Origin: Betaproteobacteria bacterium
GTDB taxonomy: Bacteria; Pseudomonadota; Gammaproteobacteria; Burkholderiales; SG8-41
Length of the DNA stretch: 51,239 nt
NCBI GenBank assembly: GCA_031381325.1
Contig: JANMXV010000074.1
Span: forward strand, 1-51,239
Direction: 5' to 3'
The notes under the pieces are model-generated. The model had not been told where the DNA came from. It made no database searches and saw only the letters and a program-made list of their open reading frames with translations. Position 1 is the first letter of the stretch. Each line of letters starts with the position of its first letter. The position numbers were made by a program, and so were the translations under genes. Shown piece after piece: positions 26,644 to 37,083 of this stretch.

Positions 26644-28481
26644 TGTTAAAAATATGTAACTATTTGTTTTTATTGATGTTATTGTCCGTAGCGCAATTTG
26701 CTTCAGCGGCGCAGCCGGCGCTGCTTGAGCCCGAACAGGCGTTTCGTTTTTCCGCGCGCGCGCTTGACGCCTCGACTATCGAAGTGCGCTACCAGATCGC
26801 TGATGGTTACTATCTTTATCGCGAGCGCTTTGCTTTCGCCGCGGAACCGGCGGGCGTCAAGCTGGGCACAGCGCAAATTCCGCAAGGCAAGAAAAAGAAG
26901 GACGAATTCTTCGGTGAAGTGCAAACGCATCGTGGCGAGCTGAAAATCATCGTGCCGGTGACGGAGGCGGTCGAGGGCAAGGTTGCGCTCACCGCCACCT
27001 CGCAGGGCTGCGCCGATGTGGGCGTGTGCTATGTACCCCAAGAAAGCAAAATACAACTGGCAATGGTACAACAGGCCGGCGGCCCGTCAACGGCGGTGGG
27101 CGCCATGACGGGTGCGCGTATGGGCGATGATCCGTTATCGCGCCTGCTGGGGCAGGGCAGTACCAAAGCCGCGGTGCCAGCCGCCGAGGACTCGCGCATC
27201 GCCGGCTTGTTTCAAGGTGAATTCGGGTGGCTGATCGCGAGCTTCTTCGGCTTTGGGCTGCTGCTGTCGTTTACGCCGTGCGTGCTGCCGATGATTCCGA
27301 TTTTGTCGGGGATTATCGTCGGGCGTGGCACGCCGGTGACGCGCATGCAGGGTTTTGCGCTGTCGGTGGCGTATGTGCTGGGCATGGCTATCACCTACGC
27401 AATCGCTGGCGTGGCGGCGGGTCTGTCCGGCGCGATGCTGTCGGTCGCGCTGCAAAATCCGTGGGTGTTGGGCAGCTTTGCGGCGGTGTTCGTGATACTC
27501 GCGCTGTCGATGTTCGGACTCTACGAATTGCAAGTGCCGGAGCGCCTGCAAACGCGCCTGACCGAAGTCTCCAACCGCTTACCCGGCGGACGTTTTGCCG
27601 GCGTGTTCGCGATGGGCGTGCTGTCGGCGTTGATCGTCGGCCCGTGCGTGGCGGCGCCGTTGGCGGGGGCGTTGCTGTACATCAGCCAGAGCCGCGATTT
27701 GGTGTTGGGTGGTGCGGCGCTGTTCGCCATGGCGCTGGGCATGGGCGTGCCGCTGCTGGTGGTCGGCGCGTCAGCCGGGGCATTGCTGCCCAAGGCCGGG
27801 CCGTGGATGGATACGGTGAAGCGGTTTTTCGGCGTGCTGCTGATTGCAGTGGCGATCTATCTGGTGTCGCCGCTGGTGCCAATGGGCGCACAGATGCTGG
27901 CGTGGGCGGCGCTGCTGATTGTGAGCGCGGTGTTCCTGCGGGTGATCGATCCGTTGCCGCAACATGCGCACGGCTTTCAGCGCTTTTCTAAAGGCGTGGG
28001 TGTAATCGCCTTGTTAGCTGGCGCAGCTTATATGGTTGGCGCGTTTTCCGGCACCAAGGATATCCTGCGGCCGCTGTCCGGGCTGGTGGCTGGGGAGGTT
28101 GCGGCGCCAGCCGCCAGCGAGTCGCTGTTCAAGCGAGTGGCCGATGGCGCGGGGTTGGACGCAGCCATTAAGGCCGCTGCCGGCAAGCCGGTGCTGCTCG
28201 ATTTTTATGCGGATTGGTGCGTATCGTGCAAAGAAATGGAGCGGTTCACCTTTACCGACGCGCAAGTGCAACAGCGGCTGGCGGGCATGGTCAAGGTGCA
28301 GGCGGATGTCACCGCCAACAACGCGGAGCACCAGGCGCTGCTTAAACGCTTTAGGTTATTTGGCCCACCGGCGATTGTATTCTTCGATAAAAATGGAAAA
28401 GAAATCAATGGCTTACGTGTTATTGGCTTTCAAAAAGCAGAAAAGTTTTCTGGCGTTCTTGACGAAGTTCTAAAGTTCTGA
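26643..28481 (+). CDS. dsbD: Thiol:disulfide interchange protein DsbD
   Basis: N-terminal periplasmic domain, central TM domain with FTPCVLPMIP and GPCVAAPL, C-terminal thioredoxin WCVSCK. TGATG overlap with the cutA stop. Confidence 0.9.
   Translation: MLKICNYLFLLMLLSVAQFASAAQPALLEPEQAFRFSARALDASTIEVRYQIADGYYLYRERFAFAAEPAGVKLGTAQIPQGKKKKDEFFGEVQTHRGELKIIVPVTEAVEGKVALTATSQGCADVGVCYVPQESKIQLAMVQQAGGPSTAVGAMTGARMGDDPLSRLLGQGSTKAAVPAAEDSRIAGLFQGEFGWLIASFFGFGLLLSFTPCVLPMIPILSGIIVGRGTPVTRMQGFALSVAYVLGMAITYAIAGVAAGLSGAMLSVALQNPWVLGSFAAVFVILALSMFGLYELQVPERLQTRLTEVSNRLPGGRFAGVFAMGVLSALIVGPCVAAPLAGALLYISQSRDLVLGGAALFAMALGMGVPLLVVGASAGALLPKAGPWMDTVKRFFGVLLIAVAIYLVSPLVPMGAQMLAWAALLIVSAVFLRVIDPLPQHAHGFQRFSKGVGVIALLAGAAYMVGAFSGTKDILRPLSGLVAGEVAAPAASESLFKRVADGAGLDAAIKAAAGKPVLLDFYADWCVSCKEMERFTFTDAQVQQRLAGMVKVQADVTANNAEHQALLKRFRLFGPPAIVFFDKNGKEINGLRVIGFQKAEKFSGVLDEVLKF
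26657..26672 (+). repeat. Copy C of recurrent 16-mer (exact), embedded in the first codons of dsbD
   Basis: TAACTATTTGTTTTTA encodes ..CNYLFL.. of the DsbD signal peptide. Confidence 0.8.
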
Positions 28482-28536
28482 TTTCGCACCATCTTTGTCT
28501 ATCTTTAACCTATCCGATTCTAATTTACGCTAATTC

Positions 28537-29067
28537 TTGCCTAGCCGGATTATAAAATATTTGATCGTTGTGCTGGTCGCGCTGGCGGCGACCGGTGCGG
28601 GTGTTTGGATAAGCGTCTCGCGCCAAACCGAGGCGACAGCCGCCGCCGTGTCCGATACCTTGTTCGCACTGAGTCTGCCCGATCTTGAAAATAAACCGCA
28701 GAGCTTCAATCAGTGGCGTGGCAAAGTTCTGTTGGTGAATTTCTGGGCGACTTGGTGCGCGCCGTGTCGCGAAGAGATTCCAATATTCGTCAAATTACAA
28801 GAAAAGTACAGAACTCAAGGACTGCAAATTATAGGCATCTCCATCGATCAAGTCGGTAAAACATCTGAATTTACACGTAACTTCAGAATAAATTACCCCT
28901 CGCTAATCGGCACCTTCGACACCATCGATATTTCACGGAAGGCTGGGAACAAGGCCGGGGTTTTGCCGTATACCGTAATTCTGGATCGCAATGGCAAGAT
29001 CGTCGCGACCGAGTTGGGTGGCCTAACCACGAAAAAGCTGGAGGCGCTAATCGGCCCATTGCTATAA
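28537..29067 (+). CDS. TlpA-family periplasmic thioredoxin/redoxin
   Basis: Membrane anchor, then VNFWATWCAPCREEIP. TTG start is uncertain. Confidence 0.8.
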   Translation: MPSRIIKYLIVVLVALAATGAGVWISVSRQTEATAAAVSDTLFALSLPDLENKPQSFNQWRGKVLLVNFWATWCAPCREEIPIFVKLQEKYRTQGLQIIGISIDQVGKTSEFTRNFRINYPSLIGTFDTIDISRKAGNKAGVLPYTVILDRNGKIVATELGGLTTKKLEALIGPLL

Positions 29068-29165
29068 AGGATATTATCCTCCGATCAAAATTCACTAAAT
29101 AATGCTAAGGTGATAGTATCTTCCGCCAGACTGACTTAACCGCAACCGCGATGGGAGGGTGCCCC

Positions 29166-29627
29166 ATGTCCAATAAGACCAACAAAAATATACTGCTGCT
29201 CAACGGCCCCAATCTGAACCTGCTCGGCACACGCGAGCCGGAAATCTATGGTGGCGCCACGCTCGCTTCGATAGAAAAGCGCTTGGCGCAACTGGCGCAG
29301 GATGGCGGCGCGAAGCTGCTGGCATATCAAAGCAATGCCGAGGCTGATTTGGTAAACCGCATCCAGCAGGCTGCACGTGAAAGCGTCGATTTCATTATCA
29401 TCAATCCGGCGGCTTACACGCATACCAGCGTCGCCATGCGCGATGCGCTGGCGGCCGTGCGCATCCCCTTCATCGAAGTACATTTGTCCAATGTGTTCGC
29501 GCGCGAGGCGTTCCGGCAGCACTCGTATTTCACCGATATCGCCGTCGGCATCATCAGCGGCCTTGGCGCCAAGGGTTACGAGTTAGCGCTTGCTTATGCG
29601 CTTGCCCATACGGCGATTCGTAAGTAA
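29166..29627 (+). CDS. aroQ: Type II 3-dehydroquinate dehydratase
   Basis: [44 protein letters not shown] opens at 29151. Confidence 0.95.
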   Translation: MSNKTNKNILLLNGPNLNLLGTREPEIYGGATLASIEKRLAQLAQDGGAKLLAYQSNAEADLVNRIQQAARESVDFIIINPAAYTHTSVAMRDALAAVRIPFIEVHLSNVFAREAFRQHSYFTDIAVGIISGLGAKGYELALAYALAHTAIRK

Positions 29628-29649
29628 GCGTAAAAAATGGAGTTAAAAC

Positions 29650-30108
29650 ATGGACTTACGAAAAGTTAAGACGCTGATCGATCTGGTCCAGCAGTCCGAT
29701 ATCACCGAACTTGAGATTACCGAGGGTGAGGAGCGGGTGCGCATCAGCCGTGGCGCGGTGGTAATGGCGCCGCACGCCACGGCAGCACCGGTGGTATTGC
29801 CGCCGGCGTTTGCCGCGTCGCCGGCATTGCCCGCGCCCGCCGTAGCGGAGCCGCTGGTGGAACCACAGGGCTTCGTACTCAAATCCCCCATGGTCGGCAC
29901 GTTCTATCGTTCATCATCGCCTGGCGGCAAACCATTCGTTGATGTGGGCCAGAGCGTGAAGGCCGATGAAACCGTATGCATCATCGAGGCCATGAAACTG
30001 CTCAACGAAATCGAAGGCGGCGCCGATGGCGTGATCAAAGAAATCCTGGTTGAAAATGGACAGCCGGTCGAGTATGGGCAGCCCTTGCTGGTGATTGTGT
30101 TGGAATGA
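29650..30108 (+). CDS. accB: Biotin carboxyl carrier protein of acetyl-CoA carboxylase
   Basis: Pro/Ala linker and the CIIEAMKLLNEI biotinylation motif. Confidence 0.95.
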   Translation: MDLRKVKTLIDLVQQSDITELEITEGEERVRISRGAVVMAPHATAAPVVLPPAFAASPALPAPAVAEPLVEPQGFVLKSPMVGTFYRSSSPGGKPFVDVGQSVKADETVCIIEAMKLLNEIEGGADGVIKEILVENGQPVEYGQPLLVIVLE

Positions 30109-30191
30109 GGATTCAGGATTCAGGATTTAGGATCTAGGATTGAGCCAAACCGGCGAGCTGGCTCAATCCTCAATCCTCATTCCTAAATCCT
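30108..30191. repeat. Heptamer-array imperfect hairpin in the accB-accC spacer
   Basis: AGGATTC AGGATTC AGGATTT AGGATCT AGGATTG (30108-30142), a loop region, then CAATCCT CAATCCT CATTCCT AAATCCT (30164-30191). Core AGGATTGAGCCA / TGGCTCAATCCT pairs perfectly. Confidence 0.85.
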
Positions 30192-30202
30192 GCCCCTAAA
30201 TC

Positions 30203-31558
30203 ATGTTCGGAAAAATCCTCATCGCCAACCGTGGTGAAATTGCCTTGCGCATTCAGCGCGCTTGCCGCGAAATGGGCATCAAAACGGTGGTAGTGCATTC
30301 CGAGGCCGACGCCGAAGCTAAGTACGTGAAGCTGGCGGATGAGTCGGTATGTATCGGCCCGGCGGCGTCGAGCGCAAGCTATCTGAATGTGCCGGCGATT
30401 ATCAGCGCGGCGGAAGTTACCGATGCCGAAGCGATCCATCCCGGCTATGGGTTTCTCTCCGAAAATGCCGACTTTGCCGAGCGCGTGGATCAAAGCGGAT
30501 TTGTGTTTATCGGTCCGCGTGCAGAAACCATACGCCTGATGGGCGACAAAGTCAGCGCCAAGAACGCCATGAAAAAAGCGGGTGTGCCGGTGGTGCCGGG
30601 CATTGATACCGCGCTGCCCGAAGACCCCAAGGAAGTTATCAAAATCGCGCGCGAGATCGGTTACCCGGTGATTATCAAAGCGTCAGGCGGCGGCGGCGGG
30701 CGCGGCATGCGCGTGGTGCATACCGAAGCAGCGCTGCTTAATGCGGCCAACACCACGCGCGCAGAGGCGCAGGCGGCGTTTAATAACCCGATGATTTATA
30801 TGGAAAAATTTCTGGAACGTCCACGTCACGTGGAGATTCAGGTGATCGCCGACAAACACAAAAACGCGCTCTATCTGGGCGATCGCGATTGCTCGATGCA
30901 GCGCCGCCACCAGAAAATCATCGAAGAGGCGCCCGCGCCGTTGCTCAACCCGCGCGCGCGCGTGCGTACCGCCGAACGTTGCGCCGAAGCTTGTCGCAAA
31001 ATGGGTTACGAAGGTGCGGGCACTTTTGAATTTTTGTACGAGGGTGGCGAGTTTTTCTTTATTGAAATGAACACGCGTTTGCAGGTCGAACATCCGGTCA
31101 CCGAAATGATCACCGGGCTTGACCTGGTGCAGATGCAGATTCGTATCGCCGCCGGAGAAAAACTGGCGCTGCGGCAGCGCGACGTCGAACTGTCGGGCCA
31201 TTCCATTGAGTGCCGCATCAATGCCGAAGACCCCTATAATTTTACGCCCTCGCCAGGGCGCATCACCTCGCTGCATATGCCGGGCGGGCCCGGCATTCGC
31301 GTGGATTCGCACGCCTACAGCGGCTACATGGTGCCGCCGAATTATGATTCGCTGATCGGTAAAATCATCGCCTACGGCGACACGCGCGAACAGGCCATCG
31401 CGCGGCTGTCGATTGCGTTGTCGGAAACGGTGATCGAAGGCATCAAGACCAATATTCCGCTGCATCAGGAATTGCTGCGCGACGCAGCGTTTTTGCGCGG
31501 TGGCACGAGCATTCATTATCTTGAAGAAAAATTGGCCAGGCTGGTGAAAGCGGAGTAA
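30203..31558 (+). CDS. accC: Biotin carboxylase
   Basis: [41 protein letters not shown]. Confidence 0.95.
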   Translation: MFGKILIANRGEIALRIQRACREMGIKTVVVHSEADAEAKYVKLADESVCIGPAASSASYLNVPAIISAAEVTDAEAIHPGYGFLSENADFAERVDQSGFVFIGPRAETIRLMGDKVSAKNAMKKAGVPVVPGIDTALPEDPKEVIKIAREIGYPVIIKASGGGGGRGMRVVHTEAALLNAANTTRAEAQAAFNNPMIYMEKFLERPRHVEIQVIADKHKNALYLGDRDCSMQRRHQKIIEEAPAPLLNPRARVRTAERCAEACRKMGYEGAGTFEFLYEGGEFFFIEMNTRLQVEHPVTEMITGLDLVQMQIRIAAGEKLALRQRDVELSGHSIECRINAEDPYNFTPSPGRITSLHMPGGPGIRVDSHAYSGYMVPPNYDSLIGKIIAYGDTREQAIARLSIALSETVIEGIKTNIPLHQELLRDAAFLRGGTSIHYLEEKLARLVKAE

Positions 31559-31625
31559 GTTTAGCGTTCAGAGTTTGGTGTTTGGCGTAACCCCGCTCGC
31601 GCTCCCCCCCTCCGAACTCAAGAAA

Positions 31626-32534
31626 ATGCCCTGGCAAGCCGTAACTCTCATCGTCGATGCGCGCTGTGTCGAAAAGCTCTCCGACACACTGCTAGAAAAC
31701 GGGGCCTTGTCGGTAGACGTTTCTGATGCCGCTGCGGGCACGCCCACGGAGCGTCCGCTGTTTGCCGAGCCTGGCAGCGCGCCGGCCGTCAACTGGCCGG
31801 TCAATCGCATGGTAGCGTTGTTCGCGGAAGATGCCGCGATCGCGACGCTCGTGCCCGATGCGCTACACGCGTCGGCGTTGCCCGCGACAACACCTTACGG
31901 CATAGACCGCGTCAACGATCAAGACTGGGTGCGTCTGACGCAGGCGCAATTTACGCCGCAAAAACTCTCGTCACGCTTGTGGGTAGTGCCGACGTGGCAT
32001 GAGGTGGTGGATGCTGCCGCCATCAATATTCGCCTCGATCCCGGCTTGGCCTTTGGCACCGGCACGCACCCCACCACGCGGCTTTGTTTGCGCTGGCTGG
32101 ACGCCCATCTGAAGCGCGGCGAGACGGTCATCGACTACGGTTGTGGCTCGGGCATACTGGCTGTTGCCGCCATGAAACTAGGCGCTAGTTGCGCGGCGGG
32201 CGTCGATATCGATGATCAAGCGCTGCTTGCTTCGCGTCGCAATGCCCTGCAAAATCAGGCCGATGTTTCTTTTTTTGCGGTGGCGGACGAATTAAAATCA
32301 CCCGCGAACGTGGTGGTCGCCAATATTCTGGCGAACCCGCTTATTGTGCTCGCGCCGCTGCTCGCGCGACTGACGCTAGCGGGCGGGCAGGTGGTGCTAT
32401 CGGGCATACTTGCGCCACAGGCCGGCGAAGTGCGCGAAGCCTACCGCCCGTGGTTCGACATGCATACCACCGAACCTGAAGACGAATGGGTATTGCTCGC
32501 GGGCCACAGAAGGCAAAGTGATGGCAAAGGCTAA
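31626..32534 (+). CDS. prmA: Ribosomal protein L11 methyltransferase
   Basis: MPWQAVTLIV..., FGTGTHPTTRLCL, VIDYGCGSGILA. ORF opens at 31575. Confidence 0.9.
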   Translation: MPWQAVTLIVDARCVEKLSDTLLENGALSVDVSDAAAGTPTERPLFAEPGSAPAVNWPVNRMVALFAEDAAIATLVPDALHASALPATTPYGIDRVNDQDWVRLTQAQFTPQKLSSRLWVVPTWHEVVDAAAINIRLDPGLAFGTGTHPTTRLCLRWLDAHLKRGETVIDYGCGSGILAVAAMKLGASCAAGVDIDDQALLASRRNALQNQADVSFFAVADELKSPANVVVANILANPLIVLAPLLARLTLAGGQVVLSGILAPQAGEVREAYRPWFDMHTTEPEDEWVLLAGHRRQSDGKG

Positions 32535-32537
32535 CCC

Positions 32538-33485
32538 ATGTCGATGGTGACCCAATGTCCGCACTGCACCACGGCGTTCAACGTCACGCCCGACCAGTTG
32601 TTCGCGCGCGACGGCCGCGTGCGCTGCGGCCACTGCACGCAGGTGTTCGACGGCTTGGTGAATCTGACTTCGTTGGAGGCCTTGCAAGCCGGCGTGCCGC
32701 CACCGCTGGCCGAAGCCAACGATGCTGCACAGCAAGCGGTGGCGCAAGCGCAAACCACACCGGCGCATCCGCCCGCAACCCACGGATTCTCGCCGATAAA
32801 CTGGCCGATGCTGCCGGACGTGCCGGTGGTTCCAGTGCCGCCGTTGCCGCTGGAGATTGCAGCAGATGCAGCGCAGGCGGCTCACGCTGCGTCTGCGATG
32901 CTGCTCGAATCCCGGATGGCATCGACGGCATCGTTGGCATTGCAACCTGCCGCAGCCGCGCCGCGGCATGGCGTTGAAGATGCCGTTCCGATGCCGCCGC
33001 ATCACGTCAGATGGCCGTGGGCGCTTGCCGCGCTGCTCGCCGCGTTGCTGCTGTGCGGCCAGGCGTTACATACCTTTCGCAGCGAAATTGCCGCGCATTT
33101 TCCGGGGGTGAAGTCTGCGCTGGTGCAGTTGTGCGGCTGGGCGCACTGCACGGTCCCGCCGTTGCAACGTCCCGCGGCGTTGAACATTCAGGCGTCGGAT
33201 ATGTTGATCCTGGACAAGGCCAAGCCGCACCTGGTGCAACTCATTGTGACCCTGCAAAATCAATCCCCGCTGGATGTCGGCTATCCCGCGATAGACTTGG
33301 TGCTCAATGATCGATTCGATCATGCTATTGCGCGCCGCGTATTTGTGCCCGCCGAGTATCTGCGCGGCGCCGACGCGCAAAAAACCGTTATTGCAGCCAG
33401 CGTCACCACCACCCTGCGCATTGATCTGGATGTCAGCGAGCTGTCTGCGGGCGGCTTTGGACTACTGCTGATTCCCGCGCCATAA
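32538..33485 (+). CDS. Zinc-ribbon (MJ0042-type) / DUF3426-domain membrane protein
   Basis: TQCPHCTTAFNVTPDQL...VRCGHCTQVFDG, low-complexity linker, one TM helix, C-terminal beta-rich domain. Conserved position after prmA. Confidence 0.7.
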   Translation: MSMVTQCPHCTTAFNVTPDQLFARDGRVRCGHCTQVFDGLVNLTSLEALQAGVPPPLAEANDAAQQAVAQAQTTPAHPPATHGFSPINWPMLPDVPVVPVPPLPLEIAADAAQAAHAASAMLLESRMASTASLALQPAAAAPRHGVEDAVPMPPHHVRWPWALAALLAALLLCGQALHTFRSEIAAHFPGVKSALVQLCGWAHCTVPPLQRPAALNIQASDMLILDKAKPHLVQLIVTLQNQSPLDVGYPAIDLVLNDRFDHAIARRVFVPAEYLRGADAQKTVIAASVTTTLRIDLDVSELSAGGFGLLLIPAP

Positions 33486-33501
33486 ATCTGAACTCACAAC
33501 C

Positions 33502-33873
33502 ATGAGGGAAAGCCCGCATAAAAGCAAGACGGGGTTGCGCCGGATGTGGAACGCACTGTTCTACTCCATCGATGGCATGCGGGCGGCGTTTGCGCACGAG
33601 GCCGCCTTTCGTCAAGAAATTGTGCTGGCGGCGCTATCGATTCCGCTAGCGTTGTGGCTGCCGGCGAGCGGGCTGGGCAAGGCGCTGATGATCGGCAGTG
33701 TGCTGCTGGTGCTGATTGTCGAATTGCTCAACTCGGCGGTGGAAGCAGCGGTTGACCGCATCTCGCTCGAAAATCATCAGCTTGCCAAGCGCGCCAAGGA
33801 TATCGGCAGCGCGGCAGTAATGCTGGCGCTGGTGAATGTGGCTATTGTCTGGGCGCTTGTCCTATTGGGGTGA
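33502..33873 (+). CDS. dgkA: Diacylglycerol kinase
   Basis: 123 aa. GLRRMWNALFYSIDGMRAAFAHEAAFRQE...VELLNSAVEAAVDR. Confidence 0.9.
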   Translation: MRESPHKSKTGLRRMWNALFYSIDGMRAAFAHEAAFRQEIVLAALSIPLALWLPASGLGKALMIGSVLLVLIVELLNSAVEAAVDRISLENHQLAKRAKDIGSAAVMLALVNVAIVWALVLLG

Positions 33874-33885
33874 AGGGTTTTAATT

Positions 33886-34305
33886 CTACTTCTTTAGCGA
33901 ATCGCGAATCTCACGCAGCAGCAACACATCTTCCGCGGGCGCTGCCGGCGGCGCGGGCGATTCGGCTTTCTTGGCGGTGTTATAGGCCTTGACCAACATG
34001 AATATCGCGAACGCTACGATCAGAAAAGTAAGGATGGTGTTGAAGAACATACCGTAGTTCCAGGTCACCGCGCCGGCCTTGCCGGCGATTTCCACCGTGG
34101 CATAGGGACCGGCTGTTGTGCCTTCTTTGAGCACGGCGAACAGGTTGTTGAAATCGCGCCCGCCCATCAAGAGGCCTAGGGGCGGCATGATGATATCTTT
34201 GACCAGCGATTCCACAATCTTTCCGAACGCGGCGCCGATTACAACGCCAATCGCCAAGTCGAGCACGTTACCCTTGAGTGCAAACGCTTTAAATTCCTTA
34301 AGCAT
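33886..34305 (-). CDS. mscL: Large-conductance mechanosensitive channel
   Basis: [42 protein letters not shown]. Confidence 0.95.
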   Translation of the reverse strand: MLKEFKAFALKGNVLDLAIGVVIGAAFGKIVESLVKDIIMPPLGLLMGGRDFNNLFAVLKEGTTAGPYATVEIAGKAGAVTWNYGMFFNTILTFLIVAFAIFMLVKAYNTAKKAESPAPPAAPAEDVLLLREIRDSLKK

Positions 34306-34458
34306 GGTATGACCTCCTGTTGTGTAAATGCCGCGTGTATTTTTTTAAAGTCGAATCCGCGGGAGCGAATCGAAATCGGATTATGCACGGTTTCGCGCGC
34401 AGCACTCCACGGGGCTGGCATGGCGTTGATATAATGCGCCGTCTTCATTCTAGGATTA

Positions 34459-35397
34459 ATGATGTCCACGCTGATCTGCGGTTCCATTGCCTACGACACC
34501 ATCATGGTGTTTCATGACTGCTTCAAGAACCATATTCTGCCCGACAAGCTGCATATCCTGAATGTCGCGTTTCTGGTGCCCGACATGCGCCGCGAGTTTG
34601 GCGGTTGCGCCGGCAACATCGCCTACAACCTTAAGATGCTGGGCGGCGAACCGTTGATTATGGCGACTGTGGGTGAAGATCACGCGCCGTATAGCGCGCG
34701 TCTCGACACGCTGGGCCTGGCGCGCACGCACGTGCGCGAGGCGGCCGGTTCATTCACCGCGCAGGCGTTTATCACCACCGATCTCGACGACAACCAGATC
34801 ACTGCGTTTCATCCGGGCGCAATGAATTTTTCGCACCAGAATCACGTGCGCGATGCGCAGGGCGTCACGCTCGGCATCGTCGCCCCTGACGGTCGCGACG
34901 GCATGTTGCAGCACGCACGCGAGTTTCGCGACGCGGGTATCCCCTTCGTCTTCGATCCGGGGCAGGGTTTGCCGATGTTCAATGGCGACGATTTGATGAA
35001 CTTCATTACCCTTGCCGATTACGTGACGGTGAACGACTACGAAGCCGAGCTTCTGCAGGAGCGCACGGGCCAATCGATAGCGCAGTTGGCACAACAGGTG
35101 AAAGCGCTCATCGTGACGCTCGGCGCCAAAGGCTCGGCGATACACGCCGGCGGTAAAATATTTGAAATTCCCTGCGTCAAGCCCGAGGCGATACTCGATC
35201 CCACCGGCTGCGGCGACGCGTTTCGCGCGGGCCTGCTCTATGGCATTACCCACGGCATGGATTGGGCGGTGACGGGCCGTCTGGCATCGCTGATCGGCGC
35301 GATCAAAATCGCACAACGTGGCCCGCAAAATCACAGTTTTACGCGAAATTCGATAGTGGCGATGTATCAAGCGAATTTCGGTAGCGCTCCGTGGTAA
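34459..35397 (+). CDS. PfkB-family carbohydrate/adenosine kinase
   Basis: 312 aa. DPTGCGDAFRAGLLYG anion-hole motif. Confidence 0.8.
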   Translation: MMSTLICGSIAYDTIMVFHDCFKNHILPDKLHILNVAFLVPDMRREFGGCAGNIAYNLKMLGGEPLIMATVGEDHAPYSARLDTLGLARTHVREAAGSFTAQAFITTDLDDNQITAFHPGAMNFSHQNHVRDAQGVTLGIVAPDGRDGMLQHAREFRDAGIPFVFDPGQGLPMFNGDDLMNFITLADYVTVNDYEAELLQERTGQSIAQLAQQVKALIVTLGAKGSAIHAGGKIFEIPCVKPEAILDPTGCGDAFRAGLLYGITHGMDWAVTGRLASLIGAIKIAQRGPQNHSFTRNSIVAMYQANFGSAPW

Positions 35398-35441
35398 GAC
35401 GGGAAAGTTTATGAAAATGGTCTGGCGCACCAGAGCACGGT

Positions 35442-36203
35442 TTGAGTAGTTCGCCGCGCCTCACGTCAAAACTCACCCGCGCCTGGCGCTTGATGCGCTT
35501 GGCTGCGCATTTTGCGCAAGCGGCCGGCGTGGCAAGTATCGGCTATCCGCTGATGAAGCCCGCACGGCGGCGGCTCGCGCTGCAACGCTGGTCGGCAAAA
35601 CTGGTGCGCCATCTAGCCACGCGGCTTACCGTACATGGCGAGCCGCCGCGCGACGCCGATGCGCCGTTCATGCTGGTGTCGAATCATGTGTCCTGGCTGG
35701 ATATTTTCGCCATCAACGCCGCGGTCCCCACGCGCTTTGTCGCAAAATCCGAGATTCGCGGCTGGCCGCTGGCGGGCTGGCTGTGCGTCAAGGCCGATAC
35801 ATTATTTATCGAGCGCGGTCGCCGGCGCGATCTCGCGCGGCTGGATGAAGGCATGGCCGAAGCGCTGCGCAACGGCGCGGGCATGGGCGTGTTTCCCGAA
35901 GGCGCCACCACCGACGGACAGCAGGTGCTTCCGTTTCACAGTTCGCTGCTGCGTCCGGCGCTGGAGGCGAATGTGCGCATCATCCCAGTGGCGATTCAAT
36001 ACCGCCGCGCCGACGGCTCAATCTGCATCGAAGCCGCTTACGACGGCGATAAATCCGCGCTGGATACCTTGCGCCTGATGCTCACGCAGCACGAAATTCA
36101 CGCGCACGTGCATTTTCTGCCGCCGCTTTCCGCCGAAGGTTTGCATCGCAAGGCACTGGCGCGGCAGGCGCGCGAGATGATCGTGGGTACGCTTTACCCC
36201 TGA
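35442..36203 (+). CDS. Lysophospholipid (1-acyl-sn-glycerol-3-phosphate) acyltransferase family protein
   Basis: VSNHVSWLDI (HX4D), FPEGATTDG. TTG start is uncertain. Confidence 0.75.
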   Translation: MSSSPRLTSKLTRAWRLMRLAAHFAQAAGVASIGYPLMKPARRRLALQRWSAKLVRHLATRLTVHGEPPRDADAPFMLVSNHVSWLDIFAINAAVPTRFVAKSEIRGWPLAGWLCVKADTLFIERGRRRDLARLDEGMAEALRNGAGMGVFPEGATTDGQQVLPFHSSLLRPALEANVRIIPVAIQYRRADGSICIEAAYDGDKSALDTLRLMLTQHEIHAHVHFLPPLSAEGLHRKALARQAREMIVGTLYP

Positions 36204-37009
36204 CCCACACGCTCACACCCGCACTGAAACACGCGCCGGTCTTCGAGCCGCATCGCCGTCAGTTTGCGGCCCCATACGCAACCCGAATCAAGGCCGATCA
36301 CATCCGCGCGCAACAATACGCCGAGTGAGGCCCAGTGACCAAAGAGTATTGGCGTGCCGGCGCTTGCGCGCCCCGGCACGTCATACCACGGCATGTAGCC
36401 CGGCGGCATGTTGACGGGCGCGAGTTTGTGGGTGAATTCCATGTCGCCTTGCGCGGTACACAGGCGCATGCGCGTCATGGCATTGACGATGACGCGCAGC
36501 CGCTCGTCGCCCGCCAGATCATCACGCCATGCGCTGGGTTTGTTGCCATAGAGCGGGCGCAGAAACGCATCAGGGTCATCGCCGCGCAGCACCGCTTCGA
36601 CTTCAGCGGCGAGCGCGAGCGCTTTTTGAATACTCCATTGCGGCAGCAAACCCGCATGCACCATTGCGTAACCATTGCCAGCGTGTACCAGCTTTTGCTG
36701 ACGCAGCCAGTGCAGCAGTGCGTCGCGATCAGGCGCGTCAAGAATGTCACTCAGCGTGTCGCCGGGATATTGTTTGGTGTAACCGGACGCCGCCACCAGC
36801 AGATGCAAATCATGATTGCCGAGTACCGATATCGCGGCGTCTCCTAAACTAATGATAAAGCGCAAGGCTTCCAGTGACTGCGGCCCGCGATTCACCAAAT
36901 CGCCGACCAACCAAACGGTGTCGCGCGGCGGATCGAATTTGACGATATCGAGTAATCGCCGCAGCGCGTCGTGGCAGCCCTGAATGTCGCCGATGGCGTA
37001 GGTCGTCAT
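36194..37009 (-). CDS. apaH: Symmetrical bis(5'-nucleosyl)-tetraphosphatase
   Basis: MTTYAIGDIQGC, LVGDLVNRGP, GNHD. Confidence 0.9.
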   Translation of the reverse strand: MTTYAIGDIQGCHDALRRLLDIVKFDPPRDTVWLVGDLVNRGPQSLEALRFIISLGDAAISVLGNHDLHLLVAASGYTKQYPGDTLSDILDAPDRDALLHWLRQQKLVHAGNGYAMVHAGLLPQWSIQKALALAAEVEAVLRGDDPDAFLRPLYGNKPSAWRDDLAGDERLRVIVNAMTRMRLCTAQGDMEFTHKLAPVNMPPGYMPWYDVPGRASAGTPILFGHWASLGVLLRADVIGLDSGCVWGRKLTAMRLEDRRVFQCGCERVGQG

Positions 37010-37035
37010 CCCGCCTCAGCCAAAAAAGCGGCCAA

Positions 37036-37065
37036 CAAAAAAGGCGCGGAACCCCGCGCCTTTTT
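37036..37065 (-). terminator. Intrinsic terminator after the cytochrome c gene
   Basis: GGCGCGG-AACC-CCGCGCC flanked by A7 and T5. On the minus strand the stem is followed by TTTTTTG. Confidence 0.75.
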
Positions 37066-37083
37066 GCGCATAGAAATCCACGG

